NCBI GenBank assembly: GCA_002005325.1
Contig: CP017315.1
Span: 419,184 to 483,183 of the forward strand
Direction: 5' to 3'
Length of the DNA stretch: 64,000 nucleotides
From: Candidatus Tokpelaia hoelldobleri
Lineage (GTDB): Bacteria > Pseudomonadota > Alphaproteobacteria > Rhizobiales > Rhizobiaceae
Made by a program: the position numbers and the translations under genes. Below, piece by piece: positions 19,069-28,795 of the stretch. Each line of letters starts with the position of its first letter. The first letter of the stretch is position 1. The notes beneath the pieces were generated by a model. It was not told the origin of the DNA, did not search any database, and saw only the letters and a program-made list of their open reading frames with translations.

Positions 19069-20541
19069 ATGTCATCCGCAAATCCTGTTTCTTCCGGGCG
19101 TTTCAGTCTCTATGCCATTGTATTTGTGGTTTTGTATTTCGCCTTTGAAGCCTGTCTTGTCAGCCTGGCCTCCCGGGGTGCAGGGCTTGATGACGCTGAA
19201 CTTGCTTCCAACCTGAGTTTCTGGAACTGGGGTTACGGCGGTTCGCAGCCACCGCTTTACACATGGATTGCCCATGGCCTGACACAAATATTCGGCCTGC
19301 ATCTTGCTGTTCTGCAGGGGCTGAAATTTACGCTTCTCGCCAGTATTTTTTTAGCTGTTTATGCCGGTTTGCGCTTTTTCGATGTGCCGCGCGGCCTTGC
19401 TGCCTGCGCTATGCTGTCCATGTTTTTGTCGCCGGATATTGGCTGGAACTCGCAATATACGCTGACCCATTCTGTGATGGGGACGGCAGGGGCTGCCTGG
19501 TGTTTTGCTTCTCTTGCCGGTTTTATCAAAAAGCGTTCATGGATATGGGCGGTGCTGTTCGGCTTGAGTATCGCGTCGGCAATTCTGGGAAAATATAACG
19601 GTGTTTTTTTTGTGCTGGCGCTGTTGATTGCCGGATTTGCTCTGCCGCAAACGCGGCGTGTGCTGAAAATCCGTACCTTTGTCCTTACCTTGCCGGTGGC
19701 AATACTGGCTATGGCGCCTGCCCTTGTCTTTATGGCCATGAATCCGGCTGGCGTTTTGCAACGCACGTCCAAGTTCAAGGCTGGACAATCGGGCAATATG
19801 GCTCTGGACCGGCTGACAGGATTGCTGGATTTTGCTGTTGCGGGCTTAAGCTTTGCCGCTGTGGCGCTGGTGGTGACGCTTGTGATCTGGCTGATCAACC
19901 GCAAGAAAAAGGGCAGGGGTGAAACCACCGCTTCGATACAATTGACCACGCGTTTTATCGGCGTGGTGCTTTTGGCCGGCTTTGTGCTGATGGGGCTGAT
20001 GATTGTTGTCTTTGGCGTTACTCATGTGCGCGCCCGCTGGTTGCAGCCGGTGCTGTTTCTTATCCCTGTTTGGTTTACCCTGCTGTTTGGGCAAATGCGC
20101 TGGCGAATCGCCAAAGGTTTTGGCATTGCCGGTTTTATAGCCGCCCTGCTCGTGCCACCAATTCTGCTTAACAATATCCGCCTTAATCTCATTGATCGCA
20201 AGGAACCGGTGCAGAATTTTGATTATCCCGCACTGGAGCAGGCTTTGAAGCGTGAAGGCCCGGTGGCGACCATTCTGGCTTCAAGAAACCTGATGTCGGG
20301 CAATATACGCCTGCTTGATCCGGCGATTAAAACCTTGACGGCAGAAGTCCCCAATGCGTCACAGCGCCTGGCGCGCCCGCTGGTGGTGCTGTGGGAAGGC
20401 GCGCCTGCCATGCCGTCACGCCTGCGCCAGCTTATGGAAAACGCCGGAATTTCATCGCAACCGCCGGTACGCTCTTTTGTGCTGCATTCACGCGGGTGGA
20501 GCGCGGTTGACCATATGATCTATTATATCTATGTGCCCTGA
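19069..20541 (+). CDS. ArnT/PMT-like glycosyltransferase (GT39/GT83 fold), polytopic membrane protein
   Basis: About 490 aa from the ATG at 19069, with more than 10 TM helices followed by a soluble C-terminal domain. This resembles lipid A/core or protein glycosyltransferases that use polyprenyl-phosphate sugars. Confidence 0.65.
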   Translation: MSSANPVSSGRFSLYAIVFVVLYFAFEACLVSLASRGAGLDDAELASNLSFWNWGYGGSQPPLYTWIAHGLTQIFGLHLAVLQGLKFTLLASIFLAVYAGLRFFDVPRGLAACAMLSMFLSPDIGWNSQYTLTHSVMGTAGAAWCFASLAGFIKKRSWIWAVLFGLSIASAILGKYNGVFFVLALLIAGFALPQTRRVLKIRTFVLTLPVAILAMAPALVFMAMNPAGVLQRTSKFKAGQSGNMALDRLTGLLDFAVAGLSFAAVALVVTLVIWLINRKKKGRGETTASIQLTTRFIGVVLLAGFVLMGLMIVVFGVTHVRARWLQPVLFLIPVWFTLLFGQMRWRIAKGFGIAGFIAALLVPPILLNNIRLNLIDRKEPVQNFDYPALEQALKREGPVATILASRNLMSGNIRLLDPAIKTLTAEVPNASQRLARPLVVLWEGAPAMPSRLRQLMENAGISSQPPVRSFVLHSRGWSAVDHMIYYIYVP

Positions 20542-20855
20542 TTGGCTTTTCGGGACTTCCATTCGCGGTAAATCAACCACAGATTGCGGATATAGATCAG
20601 CAGACCAACCCCTTGTCCCAGAATAAAGACCGGGTCTTTAATGTAAAGCGAGTAGATAAACAGCAGCCCGCCGCCAATGAGGGAGAAAAACCAGAAGGCG
20701 ACCGGTACAACGCTTTTTTTTGCCCGTTCTGAAGCCAGCCACTGCACGACAAAGCGCATGGTGAAACTGATCTGCGCAATTGCGCCCAGCAGTGTCCACC
20801 AGTTCAGGTTGGCGACAAAAACCTCATGCAGCCAGTTTGTCAGAGTTGTTATCAT
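20529..20855 (-). CDS. Lipid-A-disaccharide synthase N-terminal (LAB_N) domain membrane protein
   Basis: 108 aa with three TM helices and the pattern GAIAQISFTMRFVVQW......FWFFSLIGG. It is translationally coupled (TAATG) to the upstream GT2 gene. Confidence 0.7.
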   Translation of the reverse strand: MITTLTNWLHEVFVANLNWWTLLGAIAQISFTMRFVVQWLASERAKKSVVPVAFWFFSLIGGGLLFIYSLYIKDPVFILGQGVGLLIYIRNLWLIYREWKSRKANQGT

Positions 20856-21586
20856 TATTTATCCAGACTGATTTCCTGCACTTCGGGAACCCTTTTACAG
20901 CGCCGCCGCAGCCACCAGACGCCGATAAGATCCAGAATGCCGGCTGCTGCACGGTCAAAAATGCCATATTTGGATTGGCCATGACGGCGGGAGCGGTCGA
21001 CAACATCAATATGGGTGACATGATAGCCTTCCCGCAGGACAAGGGCCGGCAGATAGCGGTGCCAGCCGTTGAAAAACGGCAACCGCCTGAAAAGCTCTGT
21101 GTAAATGGCTTTCAACCCGCAGCCGGTATCGCGCGTATCGTCTTTCAAAATAGCACGCCGCAGCCCGTTGGCAAAACGCGATGATAATTGTTTCAGGCGG
21201 GTGTCTGTCCGTTTCAGCCGCTGCCCGGCGGCGATACCATAACTTTCACCGGCGGCGGTCAGGGCATCCGCCAGCTGTGGCAGATAGGCAGGGTCGTTTT
21301 GCCCGTCACCGTCCCGTGTCAGAAGAATTTTACCCCGGGCGGCAAAAGCGGCGGTGCGCAAGGCAGCGCTTTGGCCAGCCGCCTTGTCATGCTGCAGAAA
21401 GCGTAAAGAGGCAAGTGTTTTGGCTCTGGCGCGGATAATGTCCGCCGTGTTGTCGGTCGAGCCGTCATCAATCACCAGAATTTCATAATCGCGCCCGCTC
21501 ATGGCTGCAACAATTTCATCCAGCAGCAGGTCAAGATTGCCAGCTTCATTATGGCAGGGGATAGCAATGGATAAAAACATAATCAC
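20855..21586 (-). CDS. Family 2 glycosyltransferase, polyprenyl-phosphate sugar synthase-like (ArnC/DPM1-like)
   Basis: IAIPCHNE, VIDDGSTDNT and a DGDGQND DxD motif. The start is either GTG at 21586 or ATG at 21580. Confidence 0.8.
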   Translation of the reverse strand: MIMFLSIAIPCHNEAGNLDLLLDEIVAAMSGRDYEILVIDDGSTDNTADIIRARAKTLASLRFLQHDKAAGQSAALRTAAFAARGKILLTRDGDGQNDPAYLPQLADALTAAGESYGIAAGQRLKRTDTRLKQLSSRFANGLRRAILKDDTRDTGCGLKAIYTELFRRLPFFNGWHRYLPALVLREGYHVTHIDVVDRSRRHGQSKYGIFDRAAAGILDLIGVWWLRRRCKRVPEVQEISLDK

Positions 21587-21646
21587 TCATAATGTTGTGT
21601 TCAGAATGAACGACAATAGCTGTTTTTCTTGAAAAGTGATAGCCTT

Positions 21647-21892
21647 TTATCGTGAGAAATGACGGATTGCCTGCCGCCATGCACCGATTGTGCGTGCCGG
21701 CAGAGGGGAGCTGGACCGTGCTTTATGCAGCAGGCGGCGCATTGTCGGGCTTTCCACATCCGAACCAAAGCGGAACTGCTCATAAAACAGCCGCCAGCGC
21801 AGCCATAAAAGGCGCAAGTTTCGCTTGTGCCGGATAATATCCGGCACAAATTTTGCAATATCAGGAATGGTGTTTTCCAGCTCCGCTGTCAT
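21647..21892 (-). CDS. Hypothetical 81-aa protein or gene remnant
   Basis: The ATG lies 9 nt after the ettA stop and fills the ettA-GT2 gap. I recognise no family, and a second overlapping frame (21601-21858) hints at decay. Confidence 0.25.
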   Translation of the reverse strand: MTAELENTIPDIAKFVPDIIRHKRNLRLLWLRWRLFYEQFRFGSDVESPTMRRLLHKARSSSPLPARTIGAWRQAIRHFSR

Positions 21893-21901
21893 TGGTTATG
21901 C

Positions 21902-23551
21902 TTATCGTGTCAGCGGTTTATAGGTGACACGGCGCGGATTGACGCTGTCGGGGCCGAGGCGGCGGATTTTGTCAGCCTCGTAATCGGCAAAGTTGCCTTC
22001 AAACCATTCCACATGGCTGTTCCCTTCAAAAGCGAGCATATGGGTTGCGAGACGGTCGAGGAACATGCGGTCGTGGCTGATAATCACCGCGCAGCCGGCG
22101 AAATTCTCCAGGGCATCCTCAAGCGCGGCCAGTGTTTCAGTGTCCAGATCGTTGGTCGGTTCGTCCAGCAGCAGCACATTGCCGCCTTCCTTGAGCATTT
22201 TGGCCAGATGCACGCGGTTGCGCTGCCCGCCGGAAAGATTGCCGACTTTCTGCTGCTGGTCGCCGCCCTTGAAGTTGAAGGCGCCGCAATAGGCGCGGCT
22301 GTTCATCTCGTATTTGCCAAGCCTGATGATGTCATTGCCGCCGGAAATCTCTTCCCAGACGGTTTTGTTGCCGTCAAGCGCATCACGGCTCTGGTCAACA
22401 TAACCAAGATGCACGGTGTCACCAATGCGGATTGTGCCGGAATCCGGCTTTTCCTGCCCGGTGATCATGCGGAAGAGTGTTGATTTACCCGCACCATTGG
22501 CGCCGATGACGCCAACAATGCCACCCGCCGGCAGTTTGAAATTCAGATTGTCAATCAACAGATGGTCGCCATAGCCTTTGGACAGGTTTTCAACCTCAAT
22601 CACCACCTGTCCCAGCCGTTCACCTACGGGGATGATGATCTGGGCTTCGCCCGGGCGGCGGTCATTGGCGGCCTTGACCAGTTCATCATAGGCCTTGATA
22701 CGGGCCTTGGATTTGGCCTGGCGGGCTTTCGGGCTGGAAGCCATCCATTCCTGCTCACGCGACAGGGCTTTCTGCCGGGCGGCTTCCTCGCGCCCTTCCT
22801 GCGCCATGCGCTTGGCCTTGGCTGCGAGATAGGCGGAATAATTGCCTTCGTAAGGGATGCCGCGTCCACGGTCGAGCTCCAGAATCCAGCCGGTGACATT
22901 GTCCAGGAAATAACGGTCGTGGGTGATGATCATCACCGCGCCCGGATATTCACGCAGATATTTTTCCAGCCATGCTGTGGTTTCAGCGTCCAGATGGTTG
23001 GTCGGCTCGTCAAGCAGCAGCAGGTCAGGCTTGGAAAGCAGCAGGCGGCACAAGGCCACACGGCGTTTCTCACCGCCGGAAAGCCTGGTGACATCAGCAT
23101 CCGCCGGCGGGCAGCGCAGGGCTTCCATCGCCATTTCGACCTGTGAATCCAGGTCCCACAGATTCTGGCTGTCAATGATATCTTGAAGTTTTGCCCCTTC
23201 TTCCGCCGTTTCCTCGGAATAGTTCATCATCAATTCATTATAACGGTCAAGAATTGCCTGTTTGTTGGCCACGCCTTCCATCACATTGCCGCGCACGTCC
23301 TTGGCCGCGTCAAGTTCCGGCTCCTGCGGCAGGTAGCCGCAGGTGGCGCCTTCCGCCAGCCAGGCCTCGCCGGTAAATTCTTTATCCAGCCCCGCCATAA
23401 TGCGCAAAACGGTGGATTTACCCGCGCCATTCGGCCCGAGAACGCCGATTTTGGCATCAGGATAAAATGACAGATGGATATTTTCAAGAATCTTCTTGTT
23501 GCCATAAGACTTGTTCAGTCCGGCCATGTGATAGATAAATTGGCGCGCCAT
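21902..23551 (-). CDS. ettA: Energy-dependent translational throttle ABC-F ATPase
   Basis: About 549 aa from [16 protein letters not shown]. It has two ABC cassettes (GPNGAGKST / GANGAGKST; LSGGEKRR / LSGGQRNR) and no TM domain. Confidence 0.9.
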   Translation of the reverse strand: MARQFIYHMAGLNKSYGNKKILENIHLSFYPDAKIGVLGPNGAGKSTVLRIMAGLDKEFTGEAWLAEGATCGYLPQEPELDAAKDVRGNVMEGVANKQAILDRYNELMMNYSEETAEEGAKLQDIIDSQNLWDLDSQVEMAMEALRCPPADADVTRLSGGEKRRVALCRLLLSKPDLLLLDEPTNHLDAETTAWLEKYLREYPGAVMIITHDRYFLDNVTGWILELDRGRGIPYEGNYSAYLAAKAKRMAQEGREEAARQKALSREQEWMASSPKARQAKSKARIKAYDELVKAANDRRPGEAQIIIPVGERLGQVVIEVENLSKGYGDHLLIDNLNFKLPAGGIVGVIGANGAGKSTLFRMITGQEKPDSGTIRIGDTVHLGYVDQSRDALDGNKTVWEEISGGNDIIRLGKYEMNSRAYCGAFNFKGGDQQQKVGNLSGGQRNRVHLAKMLKEGGNVLLLDEPTNDLDTETLAALEDALENFAGCAVIISHDRMFLDRLATHMLAFEGNSHVEWFEGNFADYEADKIRRLGPDSVNPRRVTYKPLTR

Positions 23552-23785
23552 TGCTTTGCTTTCACTCCAAAAACAGCCGGATCTGTGTCTCCGGCAAAAA
23601 ACCTGTCTCTCTTTAGCGTAAACCTGTCCTTGCGGCAACACATCAAAGCATTTTGCTTTTTATGGATAATGGCTCGAAAATAACGTACATGTGACGATTG
23701 GACATAGGTTATACTTCTTGTTTTCAGATATGATGTCGTTTACCGTATCCATATTGTTTCATGAATACAAAGTGAGGTGGTTCCT

Positions 23786-24865
23786 ATGGCCAGGATGAAA
23801 GCAGCAATTTTTGTCGACAAGAATCGTATTGTTCTGGATGAAAAGCCAATTCCTGAAATTGGCCCGCTGGATGCTTTGATTCGTATTACAACAACAACCA
23901 TTTGCGGTACGGATATTCATATTCTTAAAGGAGAGTATCCGGTTGAAAAAGGTCTGACCATCGGGCATGAGCCTGTCGGAGTTATTGAAAAACTTGGTTC
24001 TGAAGTCAAAGGTTTCAAGGAGGGGCAGCGCGTTATTGCCGGTGCGATTACACCAAGCGGATATTCCAACGCCTGTCTGTGTGGCTGCGGCTCGCAGGAT
24101 GGCCCGGGCACCAGGCACGGCTTCAAGGCTACGGGCGGCTGGAAATTCGGCAATACCATTGACGGCGCGCAGGCGGAATATCTGCGGGTCAATGATGCCA
24201 GCGCCAATCTGTGCGCTATTCCTGACAGTCTGACAGATGAACAGGTGCTGATGTGCCCTGACATCATGTCAACCGGTTTTTCCGGTGCTGAACGCGGCAA
24301 GGTCAAAATCGGTGACGCTGTTGTTGTCTGGGCTTTAGGGCCTATCGGCCTGTGTGCTGTTGCCGGTGCAAAACTGTGCGGTGCTTCGGTGATTATCGGC
24401 GTTGACACTGTGCCGGCCCGGATGGAAATGGCGAAAAAGCTTGGCGCAACGCATGTGGTTGACTTCAAGGCCGGTAATGCGGTTGAAGAAATCATGCGCA
24501 TAACCGATGGTCGCGGCGTTGATGTTTCGATTGAAGCGCTGGGGCAGCAGGCAACCTTTGAAGCCTGTATGCGCGTTTTGCGCCCGGGTGGTACATTGTC
24601 GTCGCTGGGGGTTTACTCTCAGGATCTCAGGATTCCACTGGATGCCTTCCATGCTGGTCTTGGCGATATTGATATTGTCAGCGGTCTGTGCCCGGGCGGC
24701 AAGGAACGGATGCGCCGTCTGCTCAATGTGCTGGAATCCGGTGCGGTCGATCTGCGCCTGCTGGTGACACATACATACAGCCTTGACAAGATTGAGGAAG
24801 CGTATGAGCTGTTTGCCAGTCAGCGTGATGGCGTTATGAAGATTGCCATTAAAACAGGCGCATAA
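23786..24865 (+). CDS. Zn-dependent NADP-type secondary-alcohol dehydrogenase (MDR family)
   Basis: CGTDIH, GHEPVG and the GPIGL cofactor loop. It is collinear with the TbADH/CbADH-type enzymes as I remember them. The ATG follows GAGGTGG. Confidence 0.8.
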   Translation: MARMKAAIFVDKNRIVLDEKPIPEIGPLDALIRITTTTICGTDIHILKGEYPVEKGLTIGHEPVGVIEKLGSEVKGFKEGQRVIAGAITPSGYSNACLCGCGSQDGPGTRHGFKATGGWKFGNTIDGAQAEYLRVNDASANLCAIPDSLTDEQVLMCPDIMSTGFSGAERGKVKIGDAVVVWALGPIGLCAVAGAKLCGASVIIGVDTVPARMEMAKKLGATHVVDFKAGNAVEEIMRITDGRGVDVSIEALGQQATFEACMRVLRPGGTLSSLGVYSQDLRIPLDAFHAGLGDIDIVSGLCPGGKERMRRLLNVLESGAVDLRLLVTHTYSLDKIEEAYELFASQRDGVMKIAIKTGA

Positions 24866-24869
24866 AAAC

Positions 24870-24907
24870 TTTGCGACCATCCGGCGGTTTTACCGGCCGG
24901 TCGCAAA
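24870..24907. terminator. Hairpin between convergent adh and aminotransferase genes
   Basis: TTTGCGACC...GGTCGCAAA, a 9-bp stem enclosing a GC-rich inner loop. Confidence 0.55.
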
Positions 24908-24928
24908 TATAAGCGGTCAACAGGATGG

Positions 24929-26047
24929 TCAGGCTTTGTAAAAAACCCTGATAGCGGCAATCACCTTGTCCTGATCCTTGGTGGAAAGATAGGGATGCAT
25001 CGGCAGGCTTAACACTTTCCCGGCCAGCGCTTCCGATATCGGCAGGCCGCCGGGTGCACGCGGGTAATCACGATAAGCGGTTTGCAGGTGCAGCGGCTTG
25101 ACATAGTAAACCACCGACGGAATACCTTCGGCCTGTAAATGCGCTTTCAGACCATCGCGGTCTTTCGCCTCGATTGTGTATTGGGCAAAGGCTGAACGGT
25201 TGCCGGCCGGCACGCGGGGCACTTTAACCACATCCTTCAGGCCTTGCGTATAACGGGCGGCAATGCTGTTACGTTTTTCCATCTCATCTTCAAGAATAGC
25301 CAGTTTTTCCAGCAAAATTGCCGCCTGAATCGTATCAAGGCGGGAATTCATGCCAATGCGGACATTGTCATACTGGGTTTCGCCCTTGCCGTGGAAGAGA
25401 ATGGAACGCAAAGTTTCCGCCAGTTCATCATCATCGGTGAACATTGCGCCGCCGTCGCCATAGCAGCCAAGGGGCTTGGCCGGATAAAAACTGGTGGCGC
25501 CGACATTGCCGAATGCGCCGCACATGGCGTTATCGCGCTTGCCGCCGATCGATTGGGCCGCGTCTTCAATGACAAACAGGTTTTCTTCTGCCGCAATGGC
25601 AGCAATGGCATTATAATCTGCCGGCAGGCCGAAAAGATCGACCGGAATAATCGCCTTCGGTTGCAAACGCCCTTCCTTGCGGATGGCGGCAACCGCCTGT
25701 TTTAATTGCTTCGGGTCAATATTGTAACTGTCAGGCAGCACATCGATAAATACCGGCTCCGCACCGACCAGCGCCACGACTTCCGCTGTGGCGGCAAAAG
25801 TAAAGCTCGGGCAGAAAACCGCGTCGCCCGCGCCGATACCTTTTGCCATCAGCGGCATGACAAGCGCGTCCGTGCCATTGGCGCAGGCAATAGCGTGTTT
25901 GACACCGAGATAATCGGCGAGTTTCTTTTCAAACTCCGCTACTTCAGGCCCAAGGATATAATGTCCGCCGGTGATAACCTTGTCCACGGCATTTTTTAAT
26001 TTCTTTTCAATACGGGCGCGTTGCGCGCCAAGGTCGATAAACTGCAT
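24929..26047 (-). CDS. DegT/DnrJ/EryC1 PLP-dependent sugar aminotransferase (GnnB/WbpE-like)
   Basis: About 372 aa from MQFIDLGAQ (GGAG SD), with ACANGTDAL and the PLP lysine context SFYPAKPLG. Confidence 0.85.
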   Translation of the reverse strand: MQFIDLGAQRARIEKKLKNAVDKVITGGHYILGPEVAEFEKKLADYLGVKHAIACANGTDALVMPLMAKGIGAGDAVFCPSFTFAATAEVVALVGAEPVFIDVLPDSYNIDPKQLKQAVAAIRKEGRLQPKAIIPVDLFGLPADYNAIAAIAAEENLFVIEDAAQSIGGKRDNAMCGAFGNVGATSFYPAKPLGCYGDGGAMFTDDDELAETLRSILFHGKGETQYDNVRIGMNSRLDTIQAAILLEKLAILEDEMEKRNSIAARYTQGLKDVVKVPRVPAGNRSAFAQYTIEAKDRDGLKAHLQAEGIPSVVYYVKPLHLQTAYRDYPRAPGGLPISEALAGKVLSLPMHPYLSTKDQDKVIAAIRVFYKA

Positions 26048-26176
26048 GATGAACTCCATAAAATCAGAGTGTATCCCGTTGATACGGAACAAGTATGATC
26101 TAAACCCGATTGGCAGTAAATGCCACTCATTCAATTATCACAGTTGCGCTGCCGCTGTAACAGCAAGTGAGCGTCA

Positions 26177-27142
26177 TTATGATTTTGGCTTGGTATGGCT
26201 GACACTGCCGGCGGTAAGGATCTTGAGCACGGCAATGGCTTCCGCGCCATTGGTGCGCGGTTCTTCCCGTGTTTCAATACAATGCAGGAAGTGCTGTAAT
26301 TCACGTGTGAGGGGCAAGCCTTCCTTGACCGGAATATAATCCGGCTCATCAGCGGTAAACGCCCACTGGCCATTGTCCTGCCACACAGAAAAGCGGTAGA
26401 CGGCCAGCTTGCGCTCCCACGGTTCGACATCGTCAAAAACCGCCATGGCCTTGGTGCCGACAACGGTCAGCCGCCGCTCGCGATAGGGATTGAGGCGTGA
26501 CGCCACCAGATGGCTGCGCAAACCGTTGGGAAAAGTCATATAGACGTGGGCAAAGTCGGAAAGCTGGTCGATAATCGCCGCGCCTTCACCGCGCACTTCA
26601 GAAGGCTCACAGCCGGTCAGGGCTAAAATCATCGACAGATCATGCGGGGCGAGATCCCACAACGCATCACTTTCCGTGTGGAATTTACCCAGGCCCAAAC
26701 GGTGCGAATGAATATAGCGCACTTCGCCCAGATCACCGGAATTAACCAGTTCCAGCAGTTTTTCAAAAGCAGGATGAAACCGCAACACATGGCCGACCAT
26801 GAAAATACGGCCCTTGTCATGCGCAGCCTTGACCTCACGCTCCGCATCCGCAACGTTGAGCGCAATCGGCTTTTCAACCAGCACATCCTTGCTGTTTTCA
26901 ATCGCCCGAATCGCATTTTCAGCATGGAATTGCGGCGGCAGTGCCAGCACCAGCGCGTCAATATCCTTGCGGGTGAACAGCTTGTCAACCGGTATTGCCT
27001 CGACATCATGCTCGGCGGCAAAACCTTCTGCCCTGTCCGGGTTGGCATCTGAAACAGCAACCAGTGCTCCAAGGCTTTTCAAGGTGCGAATGTGGTTGCT
27101 GCCCCAATAACCGCATCCCAAAACTGCTACCCGTGGCGCCAT
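26177..27142 (-). CDS. Gfo/Idh/MocA NAD-dependent sugar-nucleotide oxidoreductase (GnnA/WbpB-like)
   Basis: 321 aa with VAVLGCGYWGSNH Rossmann motif, lying directly upstream of the aminotransferase. Confidence 0.8.
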   Translation of the reverse strand: MAPRVAVLGCGYWGSNHIRTLKSLGALVAVSDANPDRAEGFAAEHDVEAIPVDKLFTRKDIDALVLALPPQFHAENAIRAIENSKDVLVEKPIALNVADAEREVKAAHDKGRIFMVGHVLRFHPAFEKLLELVNSGDLGEVRYIHSHRLGLGKFHTESDALWDLAPHDLSMILALTGCEPSEVRGEGAAIIDQLSDFAHVYMTFPNGLRSHLVASRLNPYRERRLTVVGTKAMAVFDDVEPWERKLAVYRFSVWQDNGQWAFTADEPDYIPVKEGLPLTRELQHFLHCIETREEPRTNGAEAIAVLKILTAGSVSHTKPKS

Positions 27143-27164
27143 AAATTCTGTTCCTTCACTATCA

Positions 27165-27202
27165 CAGTTTCAATACTGATACTCAGTTTCAATACTGATA
27201 TT
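27165..27202. repeat. Tandem 19-bp duplication CAGTTTCAATACTGATA(CT/TT)
   Basis: The two copies start at 27165 and 27184. Each contains the dyad CAGT-N6-ACTG. They sit 23-60 nt upstream of the oxidoreductase ATG. Confidence 0.7.
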
Positions 27203-27743
27203 CGGGCAAAATAACAAGCCTGAAAGCAGATGAAAAGTATAGGGCAAGCCTGTCTTTCCGGTTCATGGAAGCCATATCCTGCAAGGTGCATGTACATGAT
27301 TTCCTGTGATTATTCTATAATTAAAAACGTTTTGGCCGGTAAAAGTTTCCCTCTCGAATGATAACAGGGAAAAGGCGGATAAAGCAGTTGCCGCGTGGTT
27401 TGTTCCGCTTATACCGCCAGTGCCGATGTATCTTTACAAATATTTTTCCTGTGCAGAAATTGATCTTTTCCACGCTGATACAATATATAATCCTTTCCTG
27501 GTCAAAACAGGAAAATATTTGATGGTGATATATGAGACAAGCTATAGTTGTTGAGGATAGCGGTGAGGCCTTGTTGATGGTTGGCCATATTGCGATAGCT
27601 CACCCGCCCCGGATCAGGCAAGCGGTTGATATCTGCGCTGCTGTTTTTTCCATGATTTTTCTTTTCTGGCAGGCGTTGGCTTATTTCATGCTGTCTCTCC
27701 ATCCGGAATATTTTATAACCTTGAATGGAAAGGAAGAATACCC

Positions 27744-28760
27744 ATGTCTTTCAACATAAACAAGCGTGACTTTCTCATAAAAATGCCAGCTGTCATCGGA
27801 GCGGCTACGCTTGCTGCGCCAGCTGTTGTCAATGCCCAGAATTACATGGCTTCTTCTTCCGGGAAAGTTGGCGCAGCCCTGGAACGCGAGCTTGTTCCGG
27901 TGACGTATTGCCCGGTCAGCATGCAAAAGCAATTCCAGAGTAATGAAAAAGCGGTGCAGGGCAAGCCCTATGCCGATTTCTTTAATTCCGATATAAAAGT
28001 GCCAGCAGCGTGGGCCAATGGCTTGCAGCATGGTCCGCTGCCTCTTGACAAGACGCTTACACCCGGTATTGCCGATATCAACAAATTGCTTGATGCCTCC
28101 TATACCAATGCGATTCCTGACAGCGGCTACGCGCTTCTTGATGGTCCCTGCGCCTATGTACAAAGCCGCATCGAAATGCCCGGCGTGACAGCTGCGATGT
28201 TTCGATGGTGGTTTACCTGGCACCCGATGGAAAAAGAGCGTTATATGCTATGGTTTCCGCAAGCGCATGTTGACATTGGCATACAGGATGCCAAACGTCT
28301 TTCCGACACTTCGCTGACTTATGAGCAGCGTCTTTATAATAACCCAAATCCCATTACTGAGTTTATTGGCGCGAGCGCAATGAAAATGGTGATCCATTTT
28401 ACTGATCCTGTTGAACTGGGTTTTGATGCCAATGCCTATAAGCGCGCGGGATTTACGGCAAATGCCAGCGGTATTATCAAACCTGCAACAGATCCAAATA
28501 CACCGTTCATTTTCATGGTGCATCTCGCCCGTGATACCGATCGTGGCCTTGAATTGTTCAGCCGTTACTGGATTGGTGCACATCCGCAAATGAGACGCTT
28601 TCCTGGAGGTGCAGACACAGCAGCACTGGTGTCCAAAATGGGGTTGAGCAAGGATAGTGTTGAGCAGACCGCTTATGATATGGCCGTCCATGACATGACC
28701 GAGTTTAACCATCTTGCCCGTCTGCTGCCTGCAATTTACGCAAAATTCGGCCGGCCATGA
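27744..28760 (+). CDS. Exported DAPG/phloretin hydrolase (PhlG) family C-C hydrolase-like protein
   Basis: 338 aa behind an AAGGAAG SD. The N-terminus NKRDFLIKMPAVIGAATLAAPAVVNA looks like a Tat-type (KR variant) signal. EMPGVTAAMFRWWFTWHPMEKERYMLWFPQAH and EFNHLARLLPAIYAKF match the PhlG family pattern as I remember it. Confidence 0.55.
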   Translation: MSFNINKRDFLIKMPAVIGAATLAAPAVVNAQNYMASSSGKVGAALERELVPVTYCPVSMQKQFQSNEKAVQGKPYADFFNSDIKVPAAWANGLQHGPLPLDKTLTPGIADINKLLDASYTNAIPDSGYALLDGPCAYVQSRIEMPGVTAAMFRWWFTWHPMEKERYMLWFPQAHVDIGIQDAKRLSDTSLTYEQRLYNNPNPITEFIGASAMKMVIHFTDPVELGFDANAYKRAGFTANASGIIKPATDPNTPFIFMVHLARDTDRGLELFSRYWIGAHPQMRRFPGGADTAALVSKMGLSKDSVEQTAYDMAVHDMTEFNHLARLLPAIYAKFGRP

Positions 28761-28795
28761 ATTTCACTGGCGCTTTTGTGTGAAGGAGAACAAAA

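Noticed and set aside
21827-22483. 218-aa plus-strand ORF overlapping the ettA 3' half
   Set aside because: It is antisense to a highly conserved ABC-F gene, and I recognise no independent motif.
27532-27759. 75-aa plus-strand ORF (MRQAIVVEDSGEAL...) upstream of the PhlG-like gene, superficially like a receiver-domain start
   Set aside because: It has no SD and is far too short for a receiver domain. It overlaps the SD and start of the downstream gene, and its sequence is hydrophobic and low-information.
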